Source: a virus (taxonomy: Duplodnaviria; Caudoviricetes). Taken from it: a stretch of DNA of 37,344 bases. Positions 25,114 to 33,951 of the stretch are shown one piece after another (position 1 is the first letter of the stretch; every line of letters begins with the position of its first letter). The position numbers were made by a program, and so were the translations under genes. Where the stretch lies: positions 1 through 37,344 of IMG/VR virus record IMGVR_UViG_3300021371_000049. One strand, 5' to 3'. A model generated the notes under the pieces. That model had not been told where the DNA came from, made no database searches, and worked only from the letters and a program-made list of their open reading frames with translations.

Positions 25114-28100
25114 ATGGCTACTGAACAAAACCCCAACGATGGTTTATTCATTGCTTCCCCTGAGGGAACCTTGACTACCCGTACTGAGGAAACCAGTTGG
25201 GTAGAAAAGTTCAAGGCGGCTAAAAAAATAACTTGGCTTCCTGACATCTATGCTGAGTCTGATTATGCACAAGACTTTGAAAAAAGCATAGACTTCCAGA
25301 TAGATGAGGAAGAACAAAAGAAAATTAAGTTAGAGCATACCGAAGTTTGGGCTAAAGACCTTTTAGATTCTAACAGCCAAGAAGAGTTTGACTTTAAAAA
25401 GGGTCGGGCTAAAAGAGCACAAGAGTCTTACAAGCAGTTAGGTGGTCTAGGTTATGGCTCTGTATCAGCTTTAATAGCAGCAGGCGTTACTGATCCTGCG
25501 TTATTACCTTTATGGTTTGTGCCTTATCACCGTCTTGCAGCAGGAGCTAAACAACTCCAAGGTGCTTCAAGATACCTACACTACGCCAAGACAGGTGCGA
25601 TTGTAGGTGGTACTGAAGGTCTTGCTGTGTCTGGCGCTGAGTATATGCTCCGTCCTGATGCACAGGCTAAGGATGTCCTATACGGTGTTACATTAGGTGC
25701 AGGCATTGGTGGTGCATTAGGCGCTGCTGTTGGTCGTCTTCGTAGAGATATAGATACAGAACACTTTGAAGCTGACAGTGTTGACTTAACACCTAAAGGT
25801 AAAGAAAAGTTTGAAGGTCATACACCTGAAGAAAAACAAGCTAGGGTTATTGATTCCTTAACAGATGAAGGTGATTTAGACCCTATGCGTGTTCCTAAGT
25901 TTTGGGATAAGGCTGCTGACGCATCTATACCTCAACGCCAGTTAGATGATATTCTAGCACAAGGTCTTAGAGGTGGGGCTACTCAGATTCGTAAACTAAG
26001 AGCTGAGATAAAGCGTAGAGAAACAGCACGTAAAACTTTTATGGTTGGTGATACACAGATAACTCAACAAAACTTTGGTAAACGTTTGTTTGGCGTAACT
26101 GATGGTAAAAAAGTAGCTTACTTCAAAAGAACTAAAGATGGTACATTTCGATCTAACCAGAAAGGCGAGTTATTAGAAAGAATAGGTGCTGAAAAGTTTT
26201 CAAGAGGTAACGCATCTCGTAAGCTTTTAGGGTTTAAACACAAAACCCGAACTGAAGAGATTCAAAAAGATGCAGATAACTTAACGTTTACTGAACAAAA
26301 GCTTGCAGAAAACGATAAGATTGCAGCAGGTGAATTAAAACCTGAGGATATTCCAAGACTTAAAGATACTGTCTTTAACAAGCTACGTCTACGCAATATC
26401 TTGTCGTCTATCTCTCGAACAGCTCAGTCAGATACAGCCTCAGTAAGAGCTTTAGGAATTAGACTTGGTTTGCCTTCAGGAGCTTTACTTGACGCTACTG
26501 GTAAAATGGTTAAAGCACCATTCAATGCGCTTACCCGTTCTCACCAGTTTCAAACAAAGTATAACACAATGATAAATAAGGTGGTTGCGAATGCTGAGAG
26601 AGTCTCTAACTTACGGTCAAAAGAAATACGTGAGCATCTAGGACTAGCACTAAACAACCCTAATCATGGACTTCCTGAAGAACTACAGCCGTTTGTAGGA
26701 CAGCTCATAGATATAATTGAAGATATGTTCGACAAGGCTGTTAAAGCAGGAGTGTTTGAAAAAGGCTTTAAGATAGAAAACTTCTTCCCTAGAATCTTTC
26801 GATCAGATTATATTGATCAATTAATTGAAAAAATGGGTGGCAGAGGTGCTAAAGGCTTAGATGACAAAATGAAAAAAGCCTTTAAAGAATTAATTATAGA
26901 GGCTTTACCAGAAAACGCAAAACCACGCACTCCTGAAGAAACTGCAAAGATTTTTGCGATAGCTAGTTCTTATTGGAGAACTCTAAGCAGTATTGAGGGT
27001 CGTAATAAACTTAGTCGCACTTCTAAGTATGCAGGAAAAGCGTTTAATTCAGATGAAGATACTTTAAAAAAGACTCTTAAGGAGGCTTTAAAAGACGAAG
27101 ATGTTAAAGTAACTGAAGAAGAGTTAGATCGTATCCTGTACGCAATGAGTCCTGAGAAAAAAGCTAAGGCTAAAAACGTACACGCTAGATCACGTCTTTT
27201 AATTGACGATACTAAAGTAATAAAACTTACTGATAAAAATGGCGAAGAGTTTGATTTTAAACTTACAGACTTAGTAGAAAAAGACGTGTATACAGCCATG
27301 AGCATATACACACACCGTATGGGTGGTAGTATTGCCTTAGCGGAACAAGGTATAGACAGTGTTAATGGTGTATCTTTTAGCTCTTTAATATCTGATATAA
27401 GTGGCGAAGCAACTGAGCAAGAGATTAAGTCCCTTGAGTTTATGTACCAGACCTTAAGAGGTTCTGCAAACATGAACGAAACAATGGATTTAAACACTCA
27501 AGTATTGCTTAGACGAATCCGAGACCTTGGTTTTATCCGTATGATGGGTATGTCAGGTCTTGCTGCAATGGCGGAAACAGCTAACGTAATGTTTGAAAAC
27601 GGTTTCCGACATTTCTTAACAAACGTCCCTGCTATACCTTCTATGATTGGAAGGCTTAAAGAAAGTAAAGAGCTTCGCAACGCTTTAGTTCGTGAGGTTG
27701 AAATAGGTAATGGTCTAGGTGCTGATGTTTTTACAGGTAGAGCTATTGCTAGGTATGATGACACTAGCGACGACATTTCAAGACTTAGCCAAACTCATGG
27801 TAAAATTGATGAAGGTTTGGCATATGGTCGTAGAATGGTGTCTTTACTCAGTGGTCTTACACCTGTAACTGTATTCTTACAAAGGATTCATCAGTATAAC
27901 ACTGTTACTAAATTTTACAAGGAGTTGGTTAAAAAAGGCAACTTAGGTGTTTACCACCCTGCCAAGTTAAAGCAACTTAACCTTGACGAAGATATGCTTA
28001 AGCGTATACAAACTCAACTGAAAAAGAATACTAAACTAAAAAACAAAAGACTTGAAACTATAAACGCTAAAGATTGGGATGATCAAGAAGCTGCTGATGC

Positions 28101-28644
28101 TTTTGAGTATGCGTTATTCTTAGACACTACTCAAACAGTTCAGCTAACAAACGCTTCTTCTATTAACCCGTTCTTTAATACTGTAGTAGGTAAGACAGCC
28201 TTTCAGTTTTGGTCTTTCCCTATAGCAGCTACAGAGCAACAGTATGCTCGTCAAACAGCTCGAATGGCTGAAGGTGATCTTAGACCTCTTGCTATGATTT
28301 CAGGAGCCTTAGGTGTGGCTGCCCTTAGTTATATTGCTAGAGCAGCTATAAACTCTACTGGTAAAGACGACCCTGAAGAGTACTTTGCAAAGAAAATGGA
28401 AACTGGGAATTTAACCAGAGGCGCTGCATCAGGTATAGGTTTCTTAGGGGCAGGAAGCTTTTTGTTTAACTACGGTGGTTTAGACCCTGCATCTTTAGTA
28501 CAAAACCCTACAGTACAGTTAGGTTCTGGTCTATATAACAACGCAGTAGATGGCGATGTTATGGGTATGATAGGAGCTTTTAACCCTAACAATCCGCTTC
28601 TCGGAGCACCCTTTAACATTCTTGATAAATCTTTAGGAAACTAA
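25114..28644 (+). CDS. Internal virion protein (gp16-like)
   Basis: 1176 aa; FFPRIF, GKTAFQFWSF; synteny. Confidence 0.78.
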   Translation: MATEQNPNDGLFIASPEGTLTTRTEETSWVEKFKAAKKITWLPDIYAESDYAQDFEKSIDFQIDEEEQKKIKLEHTEVWAKDLLDSNSQEEFDFKKGRAKRAQESYKQLGGLGYGSVSALIAAGVTDPALLPLWFVPYHRLAAGAKQLQGASRYLHYAKTGAIVGGTEGLAVSGAEYMLRPDAQAKDVLYGVTLGAGIGGALGAAVGRLRRDIDTEHFEADSVDLTPKGKEKFEGHTPEEKQARVIDSLTDEGDLDPMRVPKFWDKAADASIPQRQLDDILAQGLRGGATQIRKLRAEIKRRETARKTFMVGDTQITQQNFGKRLFGVTDGKKVAYFKRTKDGTFRSNQKGELLERIGAEKFSRGNASRKLLGFKHKTRTEEIQKDADNLTFTEQKLAENDKIAAGELKPEDIPRLKDTVFNKLRLRNILSSISRTAQSDTASVRALGIRLGLPSGALLDATGKMVKAPFNALTRSHQFQTKYNTMINKVVANAERVSNLRSKEIREHLGLALNNPNHGLPEELQPFVGQLIDIIEDMFDKAVKAGVFEKGFKIENFFPRIFRSDYIDQLIEKMGGRGAKGLDDKMKKAFKELIIEALPENAKPRTPEETAKIFAIASSYWRTLSSIEGRNKLSRTSKYAGKAFNSDEDTLKKTLKEALKDEDVKVTEEELDRILYAMSPEKKAKAKNVHARSRLLIDDTKVIKLTDKNGEEFDFKLTDLVEKDVYTAMSIYTHRMGGSIALAEQGIDSVNGVSFSSLISDISGEATEQEIKSLEFMYQTLRGSANMNETMDLNTQVLLRRIRDLGFIRMMGMSGLAAMAETANVMFENGFRHFLTNVPAIPSMIGRLKESKELRNALVREVEIGNGLGADVFTGRAIARYDDTSDDISRLSQTHGKIDEGLAYGRRMVSLLSGLTPVTVFLQRIHQYNTVTKFYKELVKKGNLGVYHPAKLKQLNLDEDMLKRIQTQLKKNTKLKNKRLETINAKDWDDQEAADAFEYALFLDTTQTVQLTNASSINPFFNTVVGKTAFQFWSFPIAATEQQYARQTARMAEGDLRPLAMISGALGVAALSYIARAAINSTGKDDPEEYFAKKMETGNLTRGAASGIGFLGAGSFLFNYGGLDPASLVQNPTVQLGSGLYNNAVDGDVMGMIGAFNPNNPLLGAPFNILDKSLGN

Positions 28645-28645
28645 A

Positions 28646-29104
28646 ATGGCATATTCAATAAAAACTTATGCAGGCACAGGTGCTGCAGGGGCTTTTACAA
28701 CCCCTGAGTACCTAGAGTCTTCGCATATTGAGGTGTATGTAGATGATGTTTTAAAAACAGTCACTACTCATTACACTCTTTCAGGGACAGTAGTCAGCTT
28801 TACAGCAGGTAACTTTCCTACCGCTTCGGAAACTATTAAGATAATCCGTAAGTCTAGCCAAGACGCTAGGCTTGTGGATTACTCAGATGGTGCTGTAGAA
28901 GTAGCAGCCACGTTTGATGAAGATAGTAAACAAAGTCTCTTCCTAGCTCAAGAAGCCCTCGATGGTGTTGAAGCTACAGGAGCAGCAGTCTTTCAACCTT
29001 TAGAAGTAGCTCCTACATCCCCCACAAAAGGTATGGTGTATTACGATGCTGCTACTGATAAACTTAAAGTATACACTGGCTCTGCCTTTGTAGATTTACA
29101 TTAA
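28646..29104 (+). CDS. Short tail-fibre adaptor (T7 gp17 N-terminal-like domain)
   Basis: YL...IEVYVD, IIRKS, LVDYSDG, QSLFLAQE; only 152 aa. Confidence 0.8.
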   Translation: MAYSIKTYAGTGAAGAFTTPEYLESSHIEVYVDDVLKTVTTHYTLSGTVVSFTAGNFPTASETIKIIRKSSQDARLVDYSDGAVEVAATFDEDSKQSLFLAQEALDGVEATGAAVFQPLEVAPTSPTKGMVYYDAATDKLKVYTGSAFVDLH

Positions 29105-29118
29105 CATAGGAAACCATA

Positions 29119-29397
29119 ATGAAACAATTAGAAAATGACAACACTGCTTACATTCCAAAGATGGGCGATGGTTCAAAAGGTGTAGTTCAGTGTAAACATG
29201 GCGGTAGCACAAACCATGCGTACCTTTGGGGTAGCCTTACAGGAGACTCTAGTGAGTATGTCTTAATCGACAGTTTTACAACAGATGCTCTTAAAGAGTT
29301 AGTTCTTCCTAAATACCTCTTAATTAGTAACAGTCCTACATCATCTTCAGGAGCAGTAAACGCAGCGACTAAAGTTTACGTAAACGAAACTCGATAA
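29119..29397 (+). CDS. Tail-region hypothetical protein
   Basis: AGGA RBS; beta-rich-looking 92 aa. Confidence 0.75.
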   Translation: MKQLENDNTAYIPKMGDGSKGVVQCKHGGSTNHAYLWGSLTGDSSEYVLIDSFTTDALKELVLPKYLLISNSPTSSSGAVNAATKVYVNETR

Positions 29398-29412
29398 GTT
29401 AAGGAATCCCTT

Positions 29413-30951
29413 ATGACGTATGACATTAATTCAAAGCTTTATCAAAGATACATACGTAACATAGATAAACAAAAAGTTATGTGCATTTGGGATTCTGGTT
29501 TAGGAGCATCAGAAGAAGCTTTGGTTGACGCTTATATAGCAGCGCACCCCCTGAACTCTGCCCATAAATATGGTGTAGATTTTCAGGCTTCTGATGTTTT
29601 TGACGAAGCTACTTGTTGGGAAGACTGGATTAAAGACGTTAGTGATTACATAACAACGCATCAAATTGAAGCTATATGTGTATCTCCTAACTGTCCTCAG
29701 TTATCATCCTTAGATTTTAATTATGTTTCGTATGGTTCTGTAGCGCTTTCTCACTTGTTTGGGCAACTACCTATAATTGCAAACTTTATGGAAAGTAAAA
29801 AATATACAAGCTTTTCACAAATTTTAGGTGATGAGGGGCAAAATTTATATAAATGGTTAGCCTACACAAACGCTTACCTATTTGAAATCGGCACAGCAGG
29901 AATGTATAGAGATGGGATAAGCACTGCTTTTGATCCAGATTCAAGACTTTATGACGGCATAAGTGAACCTGATTTTGAATACAGTACTAGAAGTATTGGC
30001 TCTATGCCTTACCTAACAGATAAAACAACTTTTAAAACAAACAGCTATCTAATAGAAGCTTTACCTCGTTGGAGAATAGGTTGGAAAAAGATACACTCTA
30101 GCCAACCAACTATAACCGCTACAGATATAACAAACATGGTTAATGCAGGTAAGGCAGGCGAAAAGTCTTTAAAAGATCACTCTAAGGTATCTCCCATTAC
30201 TGCCACATTACGTAACAGAAATACTAGCATGAACCCTTCTCAGGGTGTGCAACTAGCTGCTATTGTTGAAGGCGGCTTAGGTTATGAGCAGTTTAAGTTT
30301 GGTATTGATGTAGATAATTCATCTGATTTACTTGATGGTAGAATAGATGCTTTAGATGCCCAAAGTGGTAAGTATGCTTATTTTAAAAAACAAACACCTG
30401 TAGCAAACAACACAAGTTCTAAGTTTACTCACAGTTTTGAACGTATAGCTGATGGAGATACTCCCCCGACAAACAGCACAACTTTGAGATACTTTGATGA
30501 CTTTGCCTCAGGCACAGGTAATCAGGGAGTTGCTTTTACTGCCCACAATGGTACTACTTTCCCTATAGACGCTTTCTTTCATTACAATCAAATGGGTAAC
30601 TTTAACACAGGAAACTCAGGTGCGTTCTATGATAGCAGCGATACGTCCACCCAAGCTTTTAATATATTAGATGGTGGAGCAATCTTTGAGTCTACAAGCC
30701 ATGGTCACAAGATAAGCCCTTGGGCTATAAAGAATGGAGCTTCTGTAGCTTTTGGGTCTTATATAGAACCTAATGAAGTAAGCGTTAATCAATATGTCAG
30801 GGTTATTTATGAAGTTTTACAAGGAAACAGCTACGCAATAGCTCACCTACATTATTGTGACGCTATTTTTAATATAGAAGAACTCTGGGGTGATGGATTA
30901 GCCTCACCGTTTAAAAAACAATCATATTCAAGAAAAGGTTCAACTACATGA
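29413..30951 (+). CDS. Tail-region protein resembling TIGR03790 / caspase-gingipain-fold proteins
   Basis: AAGGA RBS; C-terminal GASVAFGSYIEP...LQG.SYA.A...WGDGLASPF pattern (recognised from memory). Confidence 0.5.
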   Translation: MTYDINSKLYQRYIRNIDKQKVMCIWDSGLGASEEALVDAYIAAHPLNSAHKYGVDFQASDVFDEATCWEDWIKDVSDYITTHQIEAICVSPNCPQLSSLDFNYVSYGSVALSHLFGQLPIIANFMESKKYTSFSQILGDEGQNLYKWLAYTNAYLFEIGTAGMYRDGISTAFDPDSRLYDGISEPDFEYSTRSIGSMPYLTDKTTFKTNSYLIEALPRWRIGWKKIHSSQPTITATDITNMVNAGKAGEKSLKDHSKVSPITATLRNRNTSMNPSQGVQLAAIVEGGLGYEQFKFGIDVDNSSDLLDGRIDALDAQSGKYAYFKKQTPVANNTSSKFTHSFERIADGDTPPTNSTTLRYFDDFASGTGNQGVAFTAHNGTTFPIDAFFHYNQMGNFNTGNSGAFYDSSDTSTQAFNILDGGAIFESTSHGHKISPWAIKNGASVAFGSYIEPNEVSVNQYVRVIYEVLQGNSYAIAHLHYCDAIFNIEELWGDGLASPFKKQSYSRKGSTT

Positions 30952-31643
30952 AATACTTTACTTTAGGTAAACCTCAAGATTACGCAGGAGATGTTTACGC
31001 AGGTGCGGGTAACGAAACACTCCTAATGGGTGTTTTCTATAAAAACTTAGATAACATTGCACCTATAACTGACACACCTGTAGAGTCTGTAGCTGCTTAC
31101 GCTGCTGAAGATAGTTCCGATGACTTGGCTGACTCGGCATCAAACACAGCTTTTGTGACAGACGATAGTGATCAAATTACAGGACAAGCCGTACCTCAGT
31201 TGTTTGGTTTAGTACGTGACTCTGGTTCTCTTTTAGGAGGTACTTATACTGAAGCTTACTCAGCTTTTGAAGGAGCTACTTCAGCAGGCACATCTAAAAC
31301 TGGTTTCTTTGTAGGAATTACAGGAGACCATCGAGGCAAACCTTATCCTTTTGGTGATGTTCACGTCTGGACAACAACTGGCGGTTGGTCAAACCGACAA
31401 ACACTAGCAGCAAGTGATTTTTCAGGAGCAGCTTTTCCTACAGGCATTAACACAGCTAACGGTTTTGATATGACTTATTACAGTGTAGCTGATGCTGTTA
31501 ATGAAGTTACAGAACTGACAAACTTTGAAGAAGACACTAGCAGTGGCTCAACCGATGCTGCAAAAAACTTAATACACATCCTTATCGAAGATTACGAAGT
31601 TGCAGAAGGTAAATTGACTCGCTCAATGACTAACCCTGTATAA
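30948..31643 (+). CDS. Acidic tail-region hypothetical protein
   Basis: ATGA overlap; D/T/S/G-rich. Confidence 0.75.
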   Translation: MKYFTLGKPQDYAGDVYAGAGNETLLMGVFYKNLDNIAPITDTPVESVAAYAAEDSSDDLADSASNTAFVTDDSDQITGQAVPQLFGLVRDSGSLLGGTYTEAYSAFEGATSAGTSKTGFFVGITGDHRGKPYPFGDVHVWTTTGGWSNRQTLAASDFSGAAFPTGINTANGFDMTYYSVADAVNEVTELTNFEEDTSSGSTDAAKNLIHILIEDYEVAEGKLTRSMTNPV

Positions 31644-31662
31644 TCTATAAGAGAGTTTTAAA

Positions 31663-31884
31663 ATGGAAGAAGTAAAACAACAGGTAGTTAAACTAGAGTG
31701 GCGGGTAGATAAACACGACGAAGAGTTACGTATTTTAAGAGATGGTGAAACAGAACTTAAGATACAGCTCAACAACATTAGTAAATCGTTGCTGCAAATT
31801 AAATGGTTTATATTAGGAGGCGGTATTGTCTTACTAGCAGATACTTTAGGTCTCAGTGAGGTCATTCGTCTAATAGGTGTTTAA
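31663..31884 (+). CDS. XhlA/holin-like membrane protein
   Basis: N-terminal coiled coil and one C-terminal TM helix. Confidence 0.6.
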   Translation: MEEVKQQVVKLEWRVDKHDEELRILRDGETELKIQLNNISKSLLQIKWFILGGGIVLLADTLGLSEVIRLIGV

Positions 31885-31885
31885 T

Positions 31886-32275
31886 ATGGGTATTACAGAC
31901 CTTATCGCAGGTATATTCAAACCTGCTGCCAATCTGGTAGATGAACTACATACAAGCGAAGAAGAAAGACTTAAGGCTAAAGGGCATCTTCTGGATGTCC
32001 AAGCTGCCGCAATGCAGCGCATATTTGATTATGAAAAAGAAGCTTTAGCGGGACAACAAGCTATTGTAACGGCAGAAGCCAAGAGTGAGCACTTTTTAGT
32101 AGCTGCTTGGCGACCTATAACCATGCTTACGTTCCTCGTGTTAGCCGTAGGTGATAGTCTAGGATTACTAGCTACACCCTTACGTGACGAGGCTTGGACT
32201 TTACTACAATTAGGTTTAGGTGGGTACGTTGTAGGTAGAAGTGGTGAGAAAATAGCTAAGGTGGTTAAAGGATAG
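31886..32275 (+). CDS. Holin (GTA 3TM-holin-like)
   Basis: AEAKS...WRP...LGLGGYVVGRSGEK. Confidence 0.8.
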   Translation: MGITDLIAGIFKPAANLVDELHTSEEERLKAKGHLLDVQAAAMQRIFDYEKEALAGQQAIVTAEAKSEHFLVAAWRPITMLTFLVLAVGDSLGLLATPLRDEAWTLLQLGLGGYVVGRSGEKIAKVVKG

Positions 32276-32277
32276 AT

Positions 32278-32625
32278 ATGATTTTTAAATACTTTGATAT
32301 TTCAGAATTTGACTGTCAAGAGACAGGCAAGAACCACATGAGTGAAGGATTCATTAGTAAGCTTGACGAACTGCGTGAAGCTTGTGGATTCCCCTTTACA
32401 ATTAACTCAGGCTATAGAGACCCTTCTCATAGCGCTGAAAGAAAGAAAGCCTCTACAGGCACACACTCGTTAGGCATTGCTGCCGACATACGCATACACA
32501 ACGGAGCAGATAGATACACCATCGTCCAAAAAGCCCTAGAGTTAGGCTTTACAGGCATTGGCGTAGCCAAAACATTTGTCCACGTTGACTTAAGAGAATC
32601 CACACCAGTTATTTGGAGTTATTAA
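32278..32625 (+). CDS. Endolysin, peptidase M15A
   Basis: SGYR, H-x6-D (HSLGIAAD), FVHVD zinc ligands. Confidence 0.88.
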   Translation: MIFKYFDISEFDCQETGKNHMSEGFISKLDELREACGFPFTINSGYRDPSHSAERKKASTGTHSLGIAADIRIHNGADRYTIVQKALELGFTGIGVAKTFVHVDLRESTPVIWSY

Positions 32626-32626
32626 A

Positions 32627-32860
32627 ATGTACGGTTTACTTATTAAAAAGGCTGCAAAGGCAGTCGCCAAAGCTTATAAGAAAAAGAAAAAGAAAACAAA
32701 GAAAAAGATTGCAGGAACTCCTAAGAAAAAGTACACGAAAACTAAAGAAGTAGCTAAAGCTGCTGCTGCCACTGCTGCGGCAGGTAGCGCTGTAGTAGCC
32801 GCTAACAAGGTTGGTCTTGAAAGACGTAAGAAGGCGTTAGCTGAAAGAAGAGGTGATTAA
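32627..32860 (+). CDS. Small cationic Lys/Ala-rich protein
   Basis: GGAG RBS; fills the gap between endolysin and terS. Confidence 0.65.
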   Translation: MYGLLIKKAAKAVAKAYKKKKKKTKKKIAGTPKKKYTKTKEVAKAAAATAAAGSAVVAANKVGLERRKKALAERRGD

Positions 32861-33063
32861 TGAAAGAGAGTTTAGATCAATTACACGAAACCGTAGCTGC
32901 CGAGTTATTAGCCAGAGTTCGTTCAGGTGAAGCCACGTCAGCAGAGCTTTCCGTAGCTGTCAAGTTTCTCAAAGATAACAATGCTGTCTTAGATGTTATT
33001 ACAACTGAGTCTCCATTAGCTAACTTATTAGAGGACTTGCCTTTTGAAGAGGCACACCACTAA
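32860..33063 (+). CDS. terS: Terminase small subunit (gp18-like)
   Basis: LH...LL.R.RSGEA.SAEL.VAVKFLKDN...LPF. Confidence 0.85.
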   Translation: MKESLDQLHETVAAELLARVRSGEATSAELSVAVKFLKDNNAVLDVITTESPLANLLEDLPFEEAHH

Positions 33064-33434
33064 TGTCTACAGCGACTAAAAGAGACCCTAAGAAATGGGC
33101 AGCAGCTAAAGCCAAAGCTAGAGCTAGAATGGGTGGCAAACACTCAGCTAGAGCCATGCAGCTTGCTGTAAAGTACTACAAAGATGCAGGTGGTACATAC
33201 TCAGGCTCTAAGAAATCTACAAACAAACTGGCTAACTGGACAAAGCAAGACTGGGGATACACTGGTAAAAAGGGTAGCTCAAGATACTTACCCAAAGCTG
33301 CTCGTGAGTCTCTAACTTCTGCGGAAAAAGCAGCCACTAACCGCAAGAAAGTCCAAGATACTAAAGCAGGTAGACAGTTTAGTTCCCAACCTAAACAAAT
33401 AGCAGCCAAAACAGCTAAGTATAGGAAAGTGTAA
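33063..33434 (+). CDS. Basic protein (DUF5872-like)
   Basis: SARAMQLA..YY..GG.Y, W.KQDW, RYLP motifs. Confidence 0.65.
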   Translation: MSTATKRDPKKWAAAKAKARARMGGKHSARAMQLAVKYYKDAGGTYSGSKKSTNKLANWTKQDWGYTGKKGSSRYLPKAARESLTSAEKAATNRKKVQDTKAGRQFSSQPKQIAAKTAKYRKV

Positions 33435-33721
33435 TGAAAGCAAAATACAAAAACAAAAAAGGTGGTCTTAACCAAGCAGGTAGGGATTACTACAAAAGAA
33501 CAGAAGGAGCTAACCTCAGAGCACCCGTTAAGTCTGGTACTAACCCTCGAAGAGTTTCTTTTGCTGCTCGTTTTGCAGGCATGAAGGGAGCTATGAAGAA
33601 GCCTGATGGTAGTCCTACTCGCAAAGCGTTAGCCCTAAGAGCTTGGGGTTTTGGCTCTGTAGAAGCTGCTCGTAACTTTGCAGCACGACATAAGAAATCT
33701 AAAACTAATAGGACTGCGTAA
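33434..33721 (+). CDS. Basic protein (DUF6321-like)
   Basis: GGLN..GR, RR.SF.AR..GM, AL..W motifs. Confidence 0.65.
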   Translation: MKAKYKNKKGGLNQAGRDYYKRTEGANLRAPVKSGTNPRRVSFAARFAGMKGAMKKPDGSPTRKALALRAWGFGSVEAARNFAARHKKSKTNRTA

Positions 33722-33951
33722 TGAGCTACACACGTAACTACCGACAAGAATACGACAGATACCAAGGAACTCCTGAGCAACGCAAGAAGAACGATATGCG
33801 TAAACAGGCTAGACGTAAAATGGTAAAGAAGCATGGCAAAGCGGCACTTGTAGGTCGAGACATTGATCACGTAGATCGCAACCCTTTAAATAACTCTTAT
33901 AATAACTTACGCATCTCAGATCGTAGACGTAACAGGAGTCGTAATGGATAA
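33721..33951 (+). CDS. HNH endonuclease
   Basis: DIDH...N..NNLR....NRS. Confidence 0.8.
   Translation: MSYTRNYRQEYDRYQGTPEQRKKNDMRKQARRKMVKKHGKAALVGRDIDHVDRNPLNNSYNNLRISDRRRNRSRNG

Noticed and set aside
26970-27776. Long minus-strand ORFs and other antisense ORFs in the track
   Set aside because: Antisense shadows of well-supported + strand genes, with no recognisable motifs
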